DNA from: Spirochaetota bacterium
GTDB lineage: Bacteria > Spirochaetota > UBA4802 > UBA5550
Assembly (NCBI GenBank): GCA_963663865.1
Contig: OY760686.1
Span: forward strand, 1,696,001-1,760,000
Direction: 5' to 3'
DNA length: 64,000 nt
In this document: positions 38,513 through 48,219 of the stretch, piece by piece
Layout: each line of letters starts with the position of its first letter
Numbering within the stretch: position 1 is the stretch's first letter
Program-made: the position numbers and the translations under genes
The notes under the pieces: generated by a model
Told to the model about the DNA's origin: nothing
What the model saw: only the letters and a program-made list of their open reading frames with translations
Databases searched by the model: none

Positions 38513-40021
38513 ATGGGGAAAAAACGGGAATATTTCCCGATTTATACAACGCTTATATCCGCAATAATTTTTTTTTCAGCTATGCATGGGGCGTTTTCTC
38601 AATTTCTATATGAGCAGGGGAAGCCGTCAGATGGTTCGGGCTCATATCCTCCCTATGTCGCTTATAATATAAGAGCGGAGAAGATTTCCGGCAGCGGAGG
38701 AGGTGCCATTGTTACGTGGGATGCAAATCCTTCTTACAAAGGCAGTTTTGCTGTATTTAAAAGCACGGGCGTTATTGACAGCGCGGAAAAGCTGCGACAG
38801 GCTTCAGCTGTGAGGATTTCGCAGCTTTACGGCAGGAACGCGGCTGTGGACGGCACGGCACAGGCGGAAGGTTCATTCTATGCTGTTGTGGCAGAAGAGA
38901 GGCTTTCGGGAAACGCGGAGCTTTACGCCGGAGTAAATTACACTATTTTCTCTGTCTATACTGATACAACGGCTAAGCCAACCGAAAACACCGCGCGTAA
39001 CGGTATTAGCGCGAGGCTTATTCAGGGCGGGAATATTCTCGTTCAGTGGGATGGAGCTCCCGGCAGCGGCAATACATATACTGTGTACAGGAGCAGCGCT
39101 GTCATAGACAGCCCCGGCAGGCTGAGGGAGTCTGAGAAGGTGACGGTGACGCTTGATGAGACGGCGTTTGTGGATCAGACAATGACCTCATCAGGAACGT
39201 ACTTCTACGCGGTGACAGTAAAGCCTGCAGGTAAAGAGGAGCTGATCGCAATGAAGGCGGGAGAGAACTTTACTACCGCAGGTGTGTACTTTGCAGGCCG
39301 TGATAGCGGAAGGACTGAGGATTATTATTCGGTAATAGCGATCAGGGCAAAGACTGTTAATGAAGGCGTATTGCTGACCTGGGACTATTCAGGCAGGAGG
39401 GGAAACAAGTTCTTTAAGGTCTACCGAACCGTTAGAAATGTATCTTCAATTTCGGAGCTAAATGATGCTGAACATATTGATGATGTTGAGATAATAGCCG
39501 GAAGGTTTATTGACACAGATGTACCGGCAGGGAAGTTCTTATATGGGCTCGTTCCATATGATTCAAATTCGCTTGCCGGGCACAATATAGTTCCCGGGAT
39601 AAACTTCACCATTGCCGGGGTAGGCACTGAGAAGAAGGCGGATGACGCGGAAAACACGGCAAAGGGCGATGTTCTGATACCGGATGCCGGGAGCTTTGAT
39701 GTTCTGCCGATTATTCCCGATGAATACGGTAGTGACAGCCGGCAGGATGACGTTTCTGAGCTTGAGGCCGTGAACAGAATTCTGAGAAGCTCTTTCTTTA
39801 AAGGGGATTTTAAGAAGGCGAAGGAGCAGCTGGGGGAATACCTGAAAACAGGGACTCAGCCGAGGGCCCGTGCGAAGGCGAGGCTGTTTGTGGCGAGATC
39901 GCAGATTGAGACAGGCGATTTCAGAGGGGCTATGACAAATCTGGTCTACAGCGACTTTAAGAAGTACTATTCAAAAGAAGCGTCATTCTGGTTTGAATTC
40001 GCGTCTATGAGGTTACGATGA
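38513..40021 (+). CDS. Exported protein with three internal FN3-like repeats and C-terminal TPR-like region
   Basis: Signal peptide; three repeats of V.WD...Y.VYRS..I.S...L and G.N(Y/F)T; helical C-terminus. Confidence 0.7.
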   Translation: MGKKREYFPIYTTLISAIIFFSAMHGAFSQFLYEQGKPSDGSGSYPPYVAYNIRAEKISGSGGGAIVTWDANPSYKGSFAVFKSTGVIDSAEKLRQASAVRISQLYGRNAAVDGTAQAEGSFYAVVAEERLSGNAELYAGVNYTIFSVYTDTTAKPTENTARNGISARLIQGGNILVQWDGAPGSGNTYTVYRSSAVIDSPGRLRESEKVTVTLDETAFVDQTMTSSGTYFYAVTVKPAGKEELIAMKAGENFTTAGVYFAGRDSGRTEDYYSVIAIRAKTVNEGVLLTWDYSGRRGNKFFKVYRTVRNVSSISELNDAEHIDDVEIIAGRFIDTDVPAGKFLYGLVPYDSNSLAGHNIVPGINFTIAGVGTEKKADDAENTAKGDVLIPDAGSFDVLPIIPDEYGSDSRQDDVSELEAVNRILRSSFFKGDFKKAKEQLGEYLKTGTQPRARAKARLFVARSQIETGDFRGAMTNLVYSDFKKYYSKEASFWFEFASMRLR

Positions 40022-40031
40022 GGTATGGATT

Positions 40032-41246
40032 ATGAAGAAAGGGGCTGTTGCCGGAATTCTTATGATATGCGCGGGGCTCGCGCTGTTTGCGTATTATGAC
40101 AGATATGTAAAACCGGAGAACGAGGCAAGAGAGCTTAACGTTGAAGGGAGGATGATTCTCGAAAGGGGAACAACTGAATCTCTGAATCAGGCTATTAGCG
40201 TTTTTACGAGAGTCGTCGCTAAATATCCGGATACTGAAGCCGCAGATGAAGCTTACTATTTGATAGCCCTCGGATATGAAAAGCTGGGCCTTAACAGGCT
40301 TGCGTATATTAAGTATATTTACCTTCTGAAAAATAATCCGCAGCTCGGCAGCGGGCTAAAAACTGAGATCAGGACCAGGATTGCAAGGCTTAACATTCTG
40401 AAAAGCCAGACGGAGGAAGGGACTCATCAGCTCATGAATGCCCTTGCCGACACCGACAACCCGGATATGAGAAGCAGAATCTACAGCGAGCTCGGGCATT
40501 CAAGCCTTAAAAGCGCTGAATACGCAAGAGCGAAAAGGATGTTTGATATCGCTCTCAGAGAAAACGGACATAATGAGGAAGCAATAATTGGAAAGGCAAG
40601 GGCCTTTAAGCACCTCGGAGAAGACAGCAAGGCATACGATCTCTATGAGTATTTTTTGAAGTATTACGGCAGCTTTAGCCGCTACGAAAAGGACGTTAAA
40701 GCATCGTACCTGAATCAGATATATCAGAGCGGAATATCTTCGTTTAAAAAAGGCGCTTATTATGCTTCGATTGAGTTTTTTAAAAGGATGATCGGATATT
40801 TCCCCGGCGATAAAAAGACCGAGAACGGGCTGTACTGGATCGGTGAAAACTTTTTTGCCCTAAAAAAGTATGAATCGGCCATATCCTATTTCAACAGGGT
40901 GCTTTCCAATTCATACTTTCATAAAGATGAAGACGCGCGGATTAAGTGCGGATATTCATACTTTCTTGCGGACAGGTTCGATCTTGCAGCAAGGGAGTTT
41001 CAGACTTATCTCAGAGATTATCCGGGGGGCAAACACGCGGATACGGCAAGGAAATGGAAGGAGATGAGCACGAAGGAGATTCTCTACCGCATTGAGGACG
41101 GGATGGCCGATAGCGGAGAGACAGAAGAAGATAAAAGTATTGACGATTCGGACTACGGCGAGGAGCCTGTGAGCAGTCAGACTGACGGAGTATCCGGAGA
41201 AAATATTTCCGTGGATAGCGGCTATGAGAATGTAGCCGAGCTCTAA
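40032..41246 (+). CDS. Tetratricopeptide repeat protein (BamD/CpoB-like repeats)
   Basis: KYPDTEAADEAYY, GLYWIGE.FF, YP.G..A..A; N-terminal anchor. Confidence 0.85.
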   Translation: MKKGAVAGILMICAGLALFAYYDRYVKPENEARELNVEGRMILERGTTESLNQAISVFTRVVAKYPDTEAADEAYYLIALGYEKLGLNRLAYIKYIYLLKNNPQLGSGLKTEIRTRIARLNILKSQTEEGTHQLMNALADTDNPDMRSRIYSELGHSSLKSAEYARAKRMFDIALRENGHNEEAIIGKARAFKHLGEDSKAYDLYEYFLKYYGSFSRYEKDVKASYLNQIYQSGISSFKKGAYYASIEFFKRMIGYFPGDKKTENGLYWIGENFFALKKYESAISYFNRVLSNSYFHKDEDARIKCGYSYFLADRFDLAAREFQTYLRDYPGGKHADTARKWKEMSTKEILYRIEDGMADSGETEEDKSIDDSDYGEEPVSSQTDGVSGENISVDSGYENVAEL

Positions 41247-41296
41247 GCCGCTGAAACGGCAGGCTTTGTCCGTCACTGGATGCTTAAGGAGAAGCC

Positions 41297-42439
41297 ATGT
41301 TCGAATACAATCTGGCGGCAAGCTGTTCTTTCGGGGTTGAGTCGGTCCTGAAGCGCGAGCTTTTTTCGCTCGGCTTTGAAAACACGAAGGCCGAAAACGG
41401 ACGGGTAATCTTCCGGGGAACCGGCGCTGATATAGCAAAGTGCAGCATTAATCTCCGTACCGCGGAGAGGGTCTATATAGTTCTTGCCGAGTTTCCTGCT
41501 CTTGACTTTGAAGAGCTATACCAGGGGGCCCTTGCCGTCCCGTGGGCCGATATTCTCCCCAAAAACGCCTTTATGCATGTTGTCGGCAAATCGGTGAAGT
41601 CAAAGCTGAGAAGCGTCCCTGACTGTCAGTCGATTGTCAAGAAGGCCGTCGTTGATGCCATGTCGGCCAGGCACGGTGTTCAGCAGTTTCCCGAAGACGG
41701 CGCTGAATTTAAAATAGAGATATCAATGCTAAATGACGTGGCTGCCATTTCGCTGGATACCAGCGGGAAGGGGCTTCACAGGCGCGGATACCGCGAGGCA
41801 GGCGGCGATGCTCCGCTGCGCGAGACGCTTGCCGCTGCCGTCATTCTTCTTTCGAGATGGAATCCGGAGAGGCTGTTCTGCGATCCGCTGTGCGGTTCCG
41901 GTACTATTCCGATTGAAGCGGCCATGATCGGGGCGGATATAGCTCCGGGCCTTAAACGCGCCTTTTCCGCCGAGAGCTGGGGGCTTATCGATCAGAAGAT
42001 GTGGGAAACAGCGCGCGAAGAGGCCGAGGGTAAAATCAGGAGATTCGAAACTTCAATTATGGCTTCCGACATTGAATGGAAGCAGTTTAAAAAGGCACGT
42101 GAGAACGCGGAAAGGGCCGGGGTCGCGGACCTCATCGTATTTCAAAAAAAACCAGTTTCTGAATTCAGCTCATCGAAGAAGTTCGGCTGCATCGTAACAA
42201 ACCCGCCCTATGGCGAGAGGCTCGGAGACAAAAGAGACGCCGAGAATGTCTACAGGGAAATGGGGGCTGCTTTTTCAGGTCTGGACGAGTGGTCATATTT
42301 TATTCTCACCGCTCATCCCGAGTTCGAAAAGCACTTCCGCAGAAAATCTGATAAAAACCGTAAACTGTATAACGGGAAGATTAAGACTTACCTTTACCAG
42401 TATCTTGGGGAACTTCCTCCGAGGAGGGTGTTGCCGTAG
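41297..42439 (+). CDS. THUMP-domain RNA methyltransferase (RlmL/YpsC-like)
   Basis: FGVESVL, NLRTAERV, LDTSG.GLHRRGYR, APLRETLAA, DPLCGSGTI, NPPYGERL, KLYNG. Confidence 0.92.
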   Translation: MFEYNLAASCSFGVESVLKRELFSLGFENTKAENGRVIFRGTGADIAKCSINLRTAERVYIVLAEFPALDFEELYQGALAVPWADILPKNAFMHVVGKSVKSKLRSVPDCQSIVKKAVVDAMSARHGVQQFPEDGAEFKIEISMLNDVAAISLDTSGKGLHRRGYREAGGDAPLRETLAAAVILLSRWNPERLFCDPLCGSGTIPIEAAMIGADIAPGLKRAFSAESWGLIDQKMWETAREEAEGKIRRFETSIMASDIEWKQFKKARENAERAGVADLIVFQKKPVSEFSSSKKFGCIVTNPPYGERLGDKRDAENVYREMGAAFSGLDEWSYFILTAHPEFEKHFRRKSDKNRKLYNGKIKTYLYQYLGELPPRRVLP

Positions 42440-42537
42440 GCTTTATCTCGTTGTGCTGTGCGACACGCTTTTTTCTGGCAGGGAGCCTGCCGTCTATTTC
42501 ACACTGGGAGCGTGAGACCTTTTTCTTCGTCACTTTC
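42426..42537. repeat. Structured dispersed repeat, partial copy
   Basis: GGGTGTTGCCGTAGGCTTTATCTCG...GTGAGACCTTTTT matches 43662-43772 and ~1135-1240; includes the methyltransferase stop codon. Confidence 0.85.
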
Positions 42538-42708
42538 GTCCGGGCGAAAGTGGTCGACGGCTTTTTCTACCTCCTGTAGGCCGTCGACACTTAAGCATCC
42601 TGCTTTTCGGCCAATATATTTTTGGCGCCGGAAAGGCTTGGCCTTTGCTGTTACTCGACTGTTGCAGCGCCGTTATCATCATCGACTAAGGCTTTTAATT
42701 ATCAAAGG

Positions 42709-42758
42709 TTCCCTATAAGGGAATATTGCCTTGACTTTTTTTCTTTTCCAATTATTAT
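42709..42758 (+). promoter_or_regulatory. higBA promoter and candidate operator
   Basis: Inverted repeat TTCCCT-ATA-AGGGAA; TTGACT-16 nt-TATTAT, 6 nt before the ATG at 42765. Confidence 0.5.
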
Positions 42759-42764
42759 GTATCT

Positions 42765-43052
42765 ATGAAAGTACATTGCAGAAAAACAGTGTCGCAATTT
42801 ATAAAAAAACACGCGGACGTCAAAACTTCGCTTGAAGCCTGGTACAACGAAACAGTCAGAGCAAAATGGGCAGGTCCTGTCGATATTAAAAGAAAATTTG
42901 CTTCTGCAAGCTTTTTGGCAGATAACCATGTGGTATTTAATATTAAGGGAAATCGATATCGTATTGTTGTAAAAATAGCATATAAAAACCAGATGGTCTT
43001 TATAAAATGGCTGGGGACTCATGCAGAATATGATAAAAACAAATTCCCGTAG
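42765..43052 (+). CDS. higB: Type II TA toxin HigB
   Basis: LEAWY...W....DIK..F.SAS....VVFNIKGNRYRIVV...FIKWLGTHAEYDK. Confidence 0.93.
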   Translation: MKVHCRKTVSQFIKKHADVKTSLEAWYNETVRAKWAGPVDIKRKFASASFLADNHVVFNIKGNRYRIVVKIAYKNQMVFIKWLGTHAEYDKNKFP

Positions 43053-43084
43053 AAAAGCATAGATACATAAAGGAGGAGAGCTTT

Positions 43085-43465
43085 ATGAAAATTAAAATTA
43101 TAAAAACAGAAGAAGAGTACAATACAGCCTTAAATAGGATAGAAAAACTTATAGATATCGATCCAATTGAAGGCACAAAAGAAGCTGATGAGCTTGCCCT
43201 CTTATCGTTGATTGTTTCCAAATATGAAGATGAGCATTATCATATTGACATGCCTGATCCCGTTGAAGCAATAAAATTTAGAATGGAACAAGAGGGTCTT
43301 TCACAAAAAGACTTGGTTCAATATATAGGATCGAAGTCAAAGGTTTCGGAGGTTTTAAACAGAAAAAGGTCTTTGAGTATAAATATGATTCGCAATCTGA
43401 GTAAAGGCTTGGGGATATCAGCAGAAGTGCTTCTTAAAGAAAGTACAGTACAGAAGTCGGCATAG
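43085..43465 (+). CDS. higA: Antitoxin HigA (HTH)
   Basis: IKTEEEY..AL, LI..YE.EHY, PDPVEAIKFRMEQ.GL.QKDL, SKVSEVLNRKR.LS..MIR.L. Confidence 0.93.
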   Translation: MKIKIIKTEEEYNTALNRIEKLIDIDPIEGTKEADELALLSLIVSKYEDEHYHIDMPDPVEAIKFRMEQEGLSQKDLVQYIGSKSKVSEVLNRKRSLSINMIRNLSKGLGISAEVLLKESTVQKSA

Positions 43466-43661
43466 AGTAAACCCCTATTAAGCGAAATCATCAACAATAA
43501 AATCAAAGAATATCAGGAAAACTAAAACGTGGTAGTTGTGCCTGCAGACTATTAATTCCGCAATTGTATTCCAGCTTGACGATCGTATTTTCCCCTTTCT
43601 GGCGGACTTCGGAACTAAAACATCCTGTTTGTCGGACTGTCTTGCAGTCAGCCGCGGGAAG

Positions 43662-43943
43662 GGGTGTTGCCGTAGGCTTTATCTCGCTGTACTGCGCGAG
43701 ACGCTTCTCTCCTGGCAGGAAGCTTGCCGGCCATTTTCACACTGGGAGTGTGAGACCTTTTTCGTTACTTTCTTTTTTCGATCCAAAAAAGAAAGTAACC
43801 AATGAAAAAGGGATCTCCTACGCGGAGGGCGATGGGACATCCATGTCCAAAGAATTAGTCACTGTGAAATAATATATTGAGAGATTGCTTTATTTAGTCA
43901 GGCTCCTTCGGAGCCGGAAAGCGACGCGTCCTGCTGCGTTTGA
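43662..43943. repeat. Structured dispersed repeat (REP/MITE-like), full copy 2
   Basis: Colinear with 1135-1409 (e.g. GCGGAGGGCGATGGGACATCCATGTCCAAAGAATT and GAGAGATTGCTTTATTTAGTCAGGCTCCT are identical in both). Confidence 0.85.
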
Positions 43944-44009
43944 ATGATTATACATTTTGTCCATATTACGTAATCATATTGATTTAACAGGCATTAGGTT
44001 ACGGCACCC

Positions 44010-44040
44010 GGTAGAGCCGCCCAAATTGGGCGGCTCTACC
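44010..44040. repeat. Perfect inverted repeat with 15-bp arms
   Basis: GGTAGAGCCGCCCAA-A-TTGGGCGGCTCTACC. Confidence 0.8.
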
Positions 44041-44225
44041 TCACCTTGATACGCAGCCCCCCGAGGATGACAAGATGAGGAGGGAAGCCAACATCTCGTG
44101 AAAATAAGCAAACTTCAAAAGAAACTATACTAAACGCCTGCATAAATGATGTTCTCGCAAAGTACGCAGAGAATATTATTTTTGAAAATGCATTAAGCAG
44201 CTTTGTAATTTGAATGGTAATAATA

Positions 44226-44399
44226 GTCCATGAAGTTCCAGATCAGGGACTTAGTGTGCTTTGCGAGAGAAAACAAGCCTCCATATCTGACAAGAGGATG
44301 CAGGGTCGACCTTATTAGTCGTCTCTACAGCTCCAATGCCTGCGACCTGTCTGGACCACACGCATAGCGTGTAAAGCTCCTGCTGAATTTCCATGTTAG
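44226..44399 (+). ncRNA. Rod-shaped ncRNA candidate (6S RNA-like)
   Basis: The ends pair (CATGAAGTTCCAG..CAGGGACTT with AAGCTCCTGCTGAATTTCCATG), with an A-rich internal bubble and an apical stem; -10-like TGGTAATAAT upstream and a terminator downstream; no ORF. Confidence 0.45.
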
Positions 44400-44425
44400 C
44401 TGGATGTCTGCGACTTGCTGAAAAT

Positions 44426-44455
44426 AAAAAAACCGGCGCGTTAAGTGCCGGTTTT
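44426..44455. terminator. Bidirectional rho-independent terminator
   Basis: AAAAAAA-CCGGCGC-GTTAA-GTGCCGG-TTTT, just past the RRM gene stop. Confidence 0.75.
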
Positions 44456-44466
44456 CACATTCATAT

Positions 44467-44742
44467 TCAGTAACGTGCTGGACGTGGCGAGTCAGTTCTT
44501 GGTTTTGCCAGATTAACCTTTACGTTCCTTCCCATAATGTCTTTGCCGTCAAGCTGCTCGATTGCGGCGTTCGCCTCGTTGTTGTCCTTCATCTCCACGA
44601 ACCCGAAACCCTTTGACCGCCCGGACAGGTGGTCCATAATGATTTTTGCTGAAACCACTTCGCCATGCTGACCAAAAAGATTCTGCAGCTCTGACTCTGT
44701 TACGCTGTAAGGAAGGTTCCCTACATAAATGTTTACTGACAT
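44467..44742 (-). CDS. RRM-domain RNA-binding protein
   Basis: RNP2 IYVGNL, RNP1 KGFGFVEM, VNLAKPR; RBS GAGG. Confidence 0.95.
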   Translation of the reverse strand: MSVNIYVGNLPYSVTESELQNLFGQHGEVVSAKIIMDHLSGRSKGFGFVEMKDNNEANAAIEQLDGKDIMGRNVKVNLAKPRTDSPRPARY

Positions 44743-45191
44743 CGTACACCTCGTCTGTTGTTGAAATGGTCTGGTTTGAAAACTGTACGGGCAGGTCGGG
44801 AGACGTAAGAACAGAAGTGCGGAAATTCACATACAAGAATACTGCACATTAACAGCGGTATGGGCTGCTGTGTCCTCGACACATTTTACAAAATTCAGAA
44901 CCAGAAATTGTGCCTCAACACTTACCATATATAAAAAATCAAGTCAATTAAAAAAATAAATAAAAAAATTACCTGGCATCGCATGAGATTTATAAACCAT
45001 TCATTTGAATTAAGATTATTAACAAAATTATATTTCCACATAGCTGATGGCAGCGGACCATCGTTTGGATGGATTATCCGGAAAGCTAAATATACGCTAA
45101 TATTCCTTTTCTCTCTTGACAGCTTAATGGAAGTTGTTGTTCTAATCTCATCAGTTCGTTAGCGGCTGAAATCCATTCGGGTGTGGTTAAG

Positions 45192-46145
45192 ATGCTTGTT
45201 TCCAAAAAAAAAGGGGACGGCTCCAGAGAACAGGGGCTTGCAATGAGTATTGAGAGGGTCGTCGATGATCTGTGCCGTCCCGAGTCGTACAGCGCGGTGT
45301 ATCACGGGTCAAATCCGCATAATGTACCGATGCCTTCAATACGCGATCTCAAAGAGGCTTTAGAGCTTCTGAAAATAATCATTTACCCCGGATATTTTGA
45401 CAATATAGAGCTTTCCCCCTTTTCGATAAAGTACACAACAGGATCGTATCTTGAGCGGGCCATGAGGATCATGACCGACCAGATTAAGCGGGGATTCTGC
45501 TTCTACTGTTCAGAGGAGCTGAGCTGTGTTGACTGTGAAAAAAAATCCCTGGAGATTGCAGACCAGTTTCTCGAGTCAATCCCTGAAATAAGAAGAATGC
45601 TGGCCCTTGACGCCCTGGCGGCTTTTGAAGGCGACCCGGCGGCAAAAAAAATAGGCGAAACAATATTCTGCTATCCCAGCATAACGGCGCTCACAAATCA
45701 CCGGATAGCGAACGTGCTTTACAGGCTTGAAGTGCCGATCATTCCGAGGATAATTTCCGAAAGCGCGCATTCCGCCACCGGGATCGACATACATCCGGGA
45801 GCGACCATAGGCGAGAAGTTCTTTATCGACCACGGCACCGGTACTGTAATTGGAGAGACCTGCATCATCGGGAAAAACGTCAGAATCTATCAGGGGGTAA
45901 CGCTCGGAGCGAAGAGCTTCCCTCTTGATTCTGAAGGCAATCCGGTTAAGGGAGTTCCCCGGCACCCGATAGTTGAGGACGATGTTGTTATCTACGCGGG
46001 CGCTACCATCCTCGGCAGAGTTACCATCGGCAGGGGCGCTGAAATAGGCGGCAATGTCTGGGTGACCAACGACGTAGAGCCGGGTGTCAGAGTAGTACAG
46101 CAGCGTGCATCCCGTATGCGCTTTAACAATGGCGGGGGGATTTAG
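45192..46145 (+). CDS. cysE: Serine O-acetyltransferase
   Basis: GDPAA, CYP, HRIAN, GIDIHPGATIG, FIDHGTG, YQGVTLGA, RHP; start uncertain. Confidence 0.92.
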   Translation: MLVSKKKGDGSREQGLAMSIERVVDDLCRPESYSAVYHGSNPHNVPMPSIRDLKEALELLKIIIYPGYFDNIELSPFSIKYTTGSYLERAMRIMTDQIKRGFCFYCSEELSCVDCEKKSLEIADQFLESIPEIRRMLALDALAAFEGDPAAKKIGETIFCYPSITALTNHRIANVLYRLEVPIIPRIISESAHSATGIDIHPGATIGEKFFIDHGTGTVIGETCIIGKNVRIYQGVTLGAKSFPLDSEGNPVKGVPRHPIVEDDVVIYAGATILGRVTIGRGAEIGGNVWVTNDVEPGVRVVQQRASRMRFNNGGGI

Positions 46146-48187
46146 TCCCTGCTGGCAGCTTTGCTCCTCTTCTTTACACCGGCTTTTCGGTAGAACTCGG
46201 AGTTATGAAGCCTTGCCGACTCTATTCGGCTTCTGAACGTCATCGCCTTTTCCCTGTTAACTAACGCCAGGTTGTTCTTCTCGCCGGGGTCTTTAGCCAG
46301 GTTGTAGAGCTCTTCGTATGAGTCCCTGCTGCGGATTATATACTTCCACTCTCCGTCTCTGATCGATGTGATATCATCCTTCCAGAAGGTGTGCAGCAGG
46401 GCAAGCCTTGCCGGCCCTGAAGAGGCGATGCTTCTTCCCTCGTGCGCAGGATGGGCAGGCGCTCCGACAATATCCAGTATTGTAGGAAGTATGTCAATGT
46501 GCGATGTGAGGCTTTTATTCTCCACGGGCTCCGGAAAAAGCTTCTTATTGTAGATAATAAACGGGACGTTGACATTCTCCTCGTAGAGATAAAACGGATG
46601 GTTGTAGTTGCCTCTGTGTTCGTAGAACGCCTCGCCGTGATCCGCGAAGACAAGGAGCAGGGTGTCATCCATGAGTCCCTGAGCTTCAAGCGTGTCGGCA
46701 AACTCGCCAAGTGCGTAATCGGCATAGTGAAGTGAGTTGAGGTAGTTCATTTTTGATTTCTCTCTGGCGGACAGCGAACCCGGTATTTCTCCTGTTATAC
46801 GGAAGCTGTTGTCCGGAATGGCGTACGGGTGATGAGGGTTCACCGGAAGCATCACGAGAAAAAAAGGATTCGAGCCTGATTGCCTGATAAAGTCAACCGC
46901 CGGTTTAATCATTGAGCGTTCGTCAAGCCCCCAGCCGACCTTTTTGTTATGGGGGGGGATATTCTTAAGGTCGTCATACTCGATGATTCTGTCGAAGCCT
47001 CTGCCCGCAAGGAATCTTCTCTGGCCGGCATACCTGAGATCGCCGGTGTGAATAACACATGTCGAATATCCATTCTCCCCGAGTATCTCGGGAGCTGTTT
47101 TTAGTCCGATGTCCGGATTTCTCTGTATTACAAGCTCTCTGCTATCCATCCTCTCGTGCGCTGAAGCGAGCACGTTCAGCATGGCGTTGGCCGAGAGCGG
47201 CGAATTGGTATAGTGCCTTTTCATGGCCAGTGAATTTCTGGCGAGCCTTCGGAAGGCGGGCATGACGAATTTACCGTTAACCTTCATATCAAGATACTTT
47301 GCCGGAGTGGATTCGAAGAAGAAGAGGATGATGTTGTATTTCTTGCCTTTGGGATGTTTCCACGCTGACGGAATATAATTATTTTCCTCAATGGATAGGC
47401 TGGAATACTTTCCCGTTGCGATATCTGACTGAAGTTTGTTTTCTGTCTTCTCCGCACTTCGCGCGCTGTTCTGCGCCGGGGAAGGTGTTATAAGGTTCAA
47501 CAGAGGATTGGAGGTTATCTCTGTGAGAGAGGCTTTAAGTATCTCAGGCTGCAGGCTGCTGTAACGCTTCGAGAGTGTCCCGGAAAGAGGATAATGAATG
47601 GCTTTCAGAACCAGCGGAGCTGAAAGAAGAACAGCTGTAAAGGCGAGCAAAATTGCGGCGGGGTAACGCTGCCTGATTTTTCTGATATGCAGACTGGCCG
47701 CGGTAAGAACAAACAGTGAGACGGCTGAGCCGGCGTAAAAACCGCTTCCCGCTTCGGCGAAAAAGGACGATGCCACATCCCCAAACCCGCTCTTGATCTC
47801 ATCATTGAAAAAAGAGCTCTGAAATGTTGTTTCATAGACACGGAAAAAAACCCCTGCCATGAGCAGCAGTTCGGTCTGAAACAGGGTGTAAGCGGATGCT
47901 GTTATATCGCGCGCAAGCGGCCTTTTATTAAACAGTGTGAAAATAAGCAGGTAGAGAAGGGCTGCCAGTGATACCATTATAATATCCGGAATGAAAGCGA
48001 GGCTGATATACTCGGAAAAACTCAATCCGCGAAGCAGAGAGAACCGCTCGCTGACTATTGTCCACGCGAAATATCTGTATAAAGCGAAAGAAGCAACGGT
48101 GAAAAAAACAAAAAAGGAGAAGGGCAGAACTGCCTCAGCCCCCGGACCTTGAGCTGCCGGACGCTTCCTGAAGGTAAATCGTGGCAT
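46142..48187 (-). CDS. Membrane-anchored sulfatase-like / LTA synthase-family protein
   Basis: Five N-terminal TMs, NIILFFFES, PHHPY, YLNSLHYAD, FADHGEAF, SHIDILPTI, ELYNL..DPGE. Confidence 0.88.
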   Translation of the reverse strand: MPRFTFRKRPAAQGPGAEAVLPFSFFVFFTVASFALYRYFAWTIVSERFSLLRGLSFSEYISLAFIPDIIMVSLAALLYLLIFTLFNKRPLARDITASAYTLFQTELLLMAGVFFRVYETTFQSSFFNDEIKSGFGDVASSFFAEAGSGFYAGSAVSLFVLTAASLHIRKIRQRYPAAILLAFTAVLLSAPLVLKAIHYPLSGTLSKRYSSLQPEILKASLTEITSNPLLNLITPSPAQNSARSAEKTENKLQSDIATGKYSSLSIEENNYIPSAWKHPKGKKYNIILFFFESTPAKYLDMKVNGKFVMPAFRRLARNSLAMKRHYTNSPLSANAMLNVLASAHERMDSRELVIQRNPDIGLKTAPEILGENGYSTCVIHTGDLRYAGQRRFLAGRGFDRIIEYDDLKNIPPHNKKVGWGLDERSMIKPAVDFIRQSGSNPFFLVMLPVNPHHPYAIPDNSFRITGEIPGSLSAREKSKMNYLNSLHYADYALGEFADTLEAQGLMDDTLLLVFADHGEAFYEHRGNYNHPFYLYEENVNVPFIIYNKKLFPEPVENKSLTSHIDILPTILDIVGAPAHPAHEGRSIASSGPARLALLHTFWKDDITSIRDGEWKYIIRSRDSYEELYNLAKDPGEKNNLALVNREKAMTFRSRIESARLHNSEFYRKAGVKKRSKAASRD

Positions 48188-48219
48188 TGTGTATTGTTTC
48201 CTGTAAAGATGATATGAAG

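Noticed and set aside
43466-43526. Possible 3' remnant of another small gene after higA (KPLLSEIINNKIKEYQEN*)
   Set aside because: Too short, with no start or diagnostic motif.
44040-44400. tmRNA, tRNA-Sec or retron ncRNA
   Set aside because: No TPsiC arm or CCA end, no tag ORF, and no reverse transcriptase in the window.
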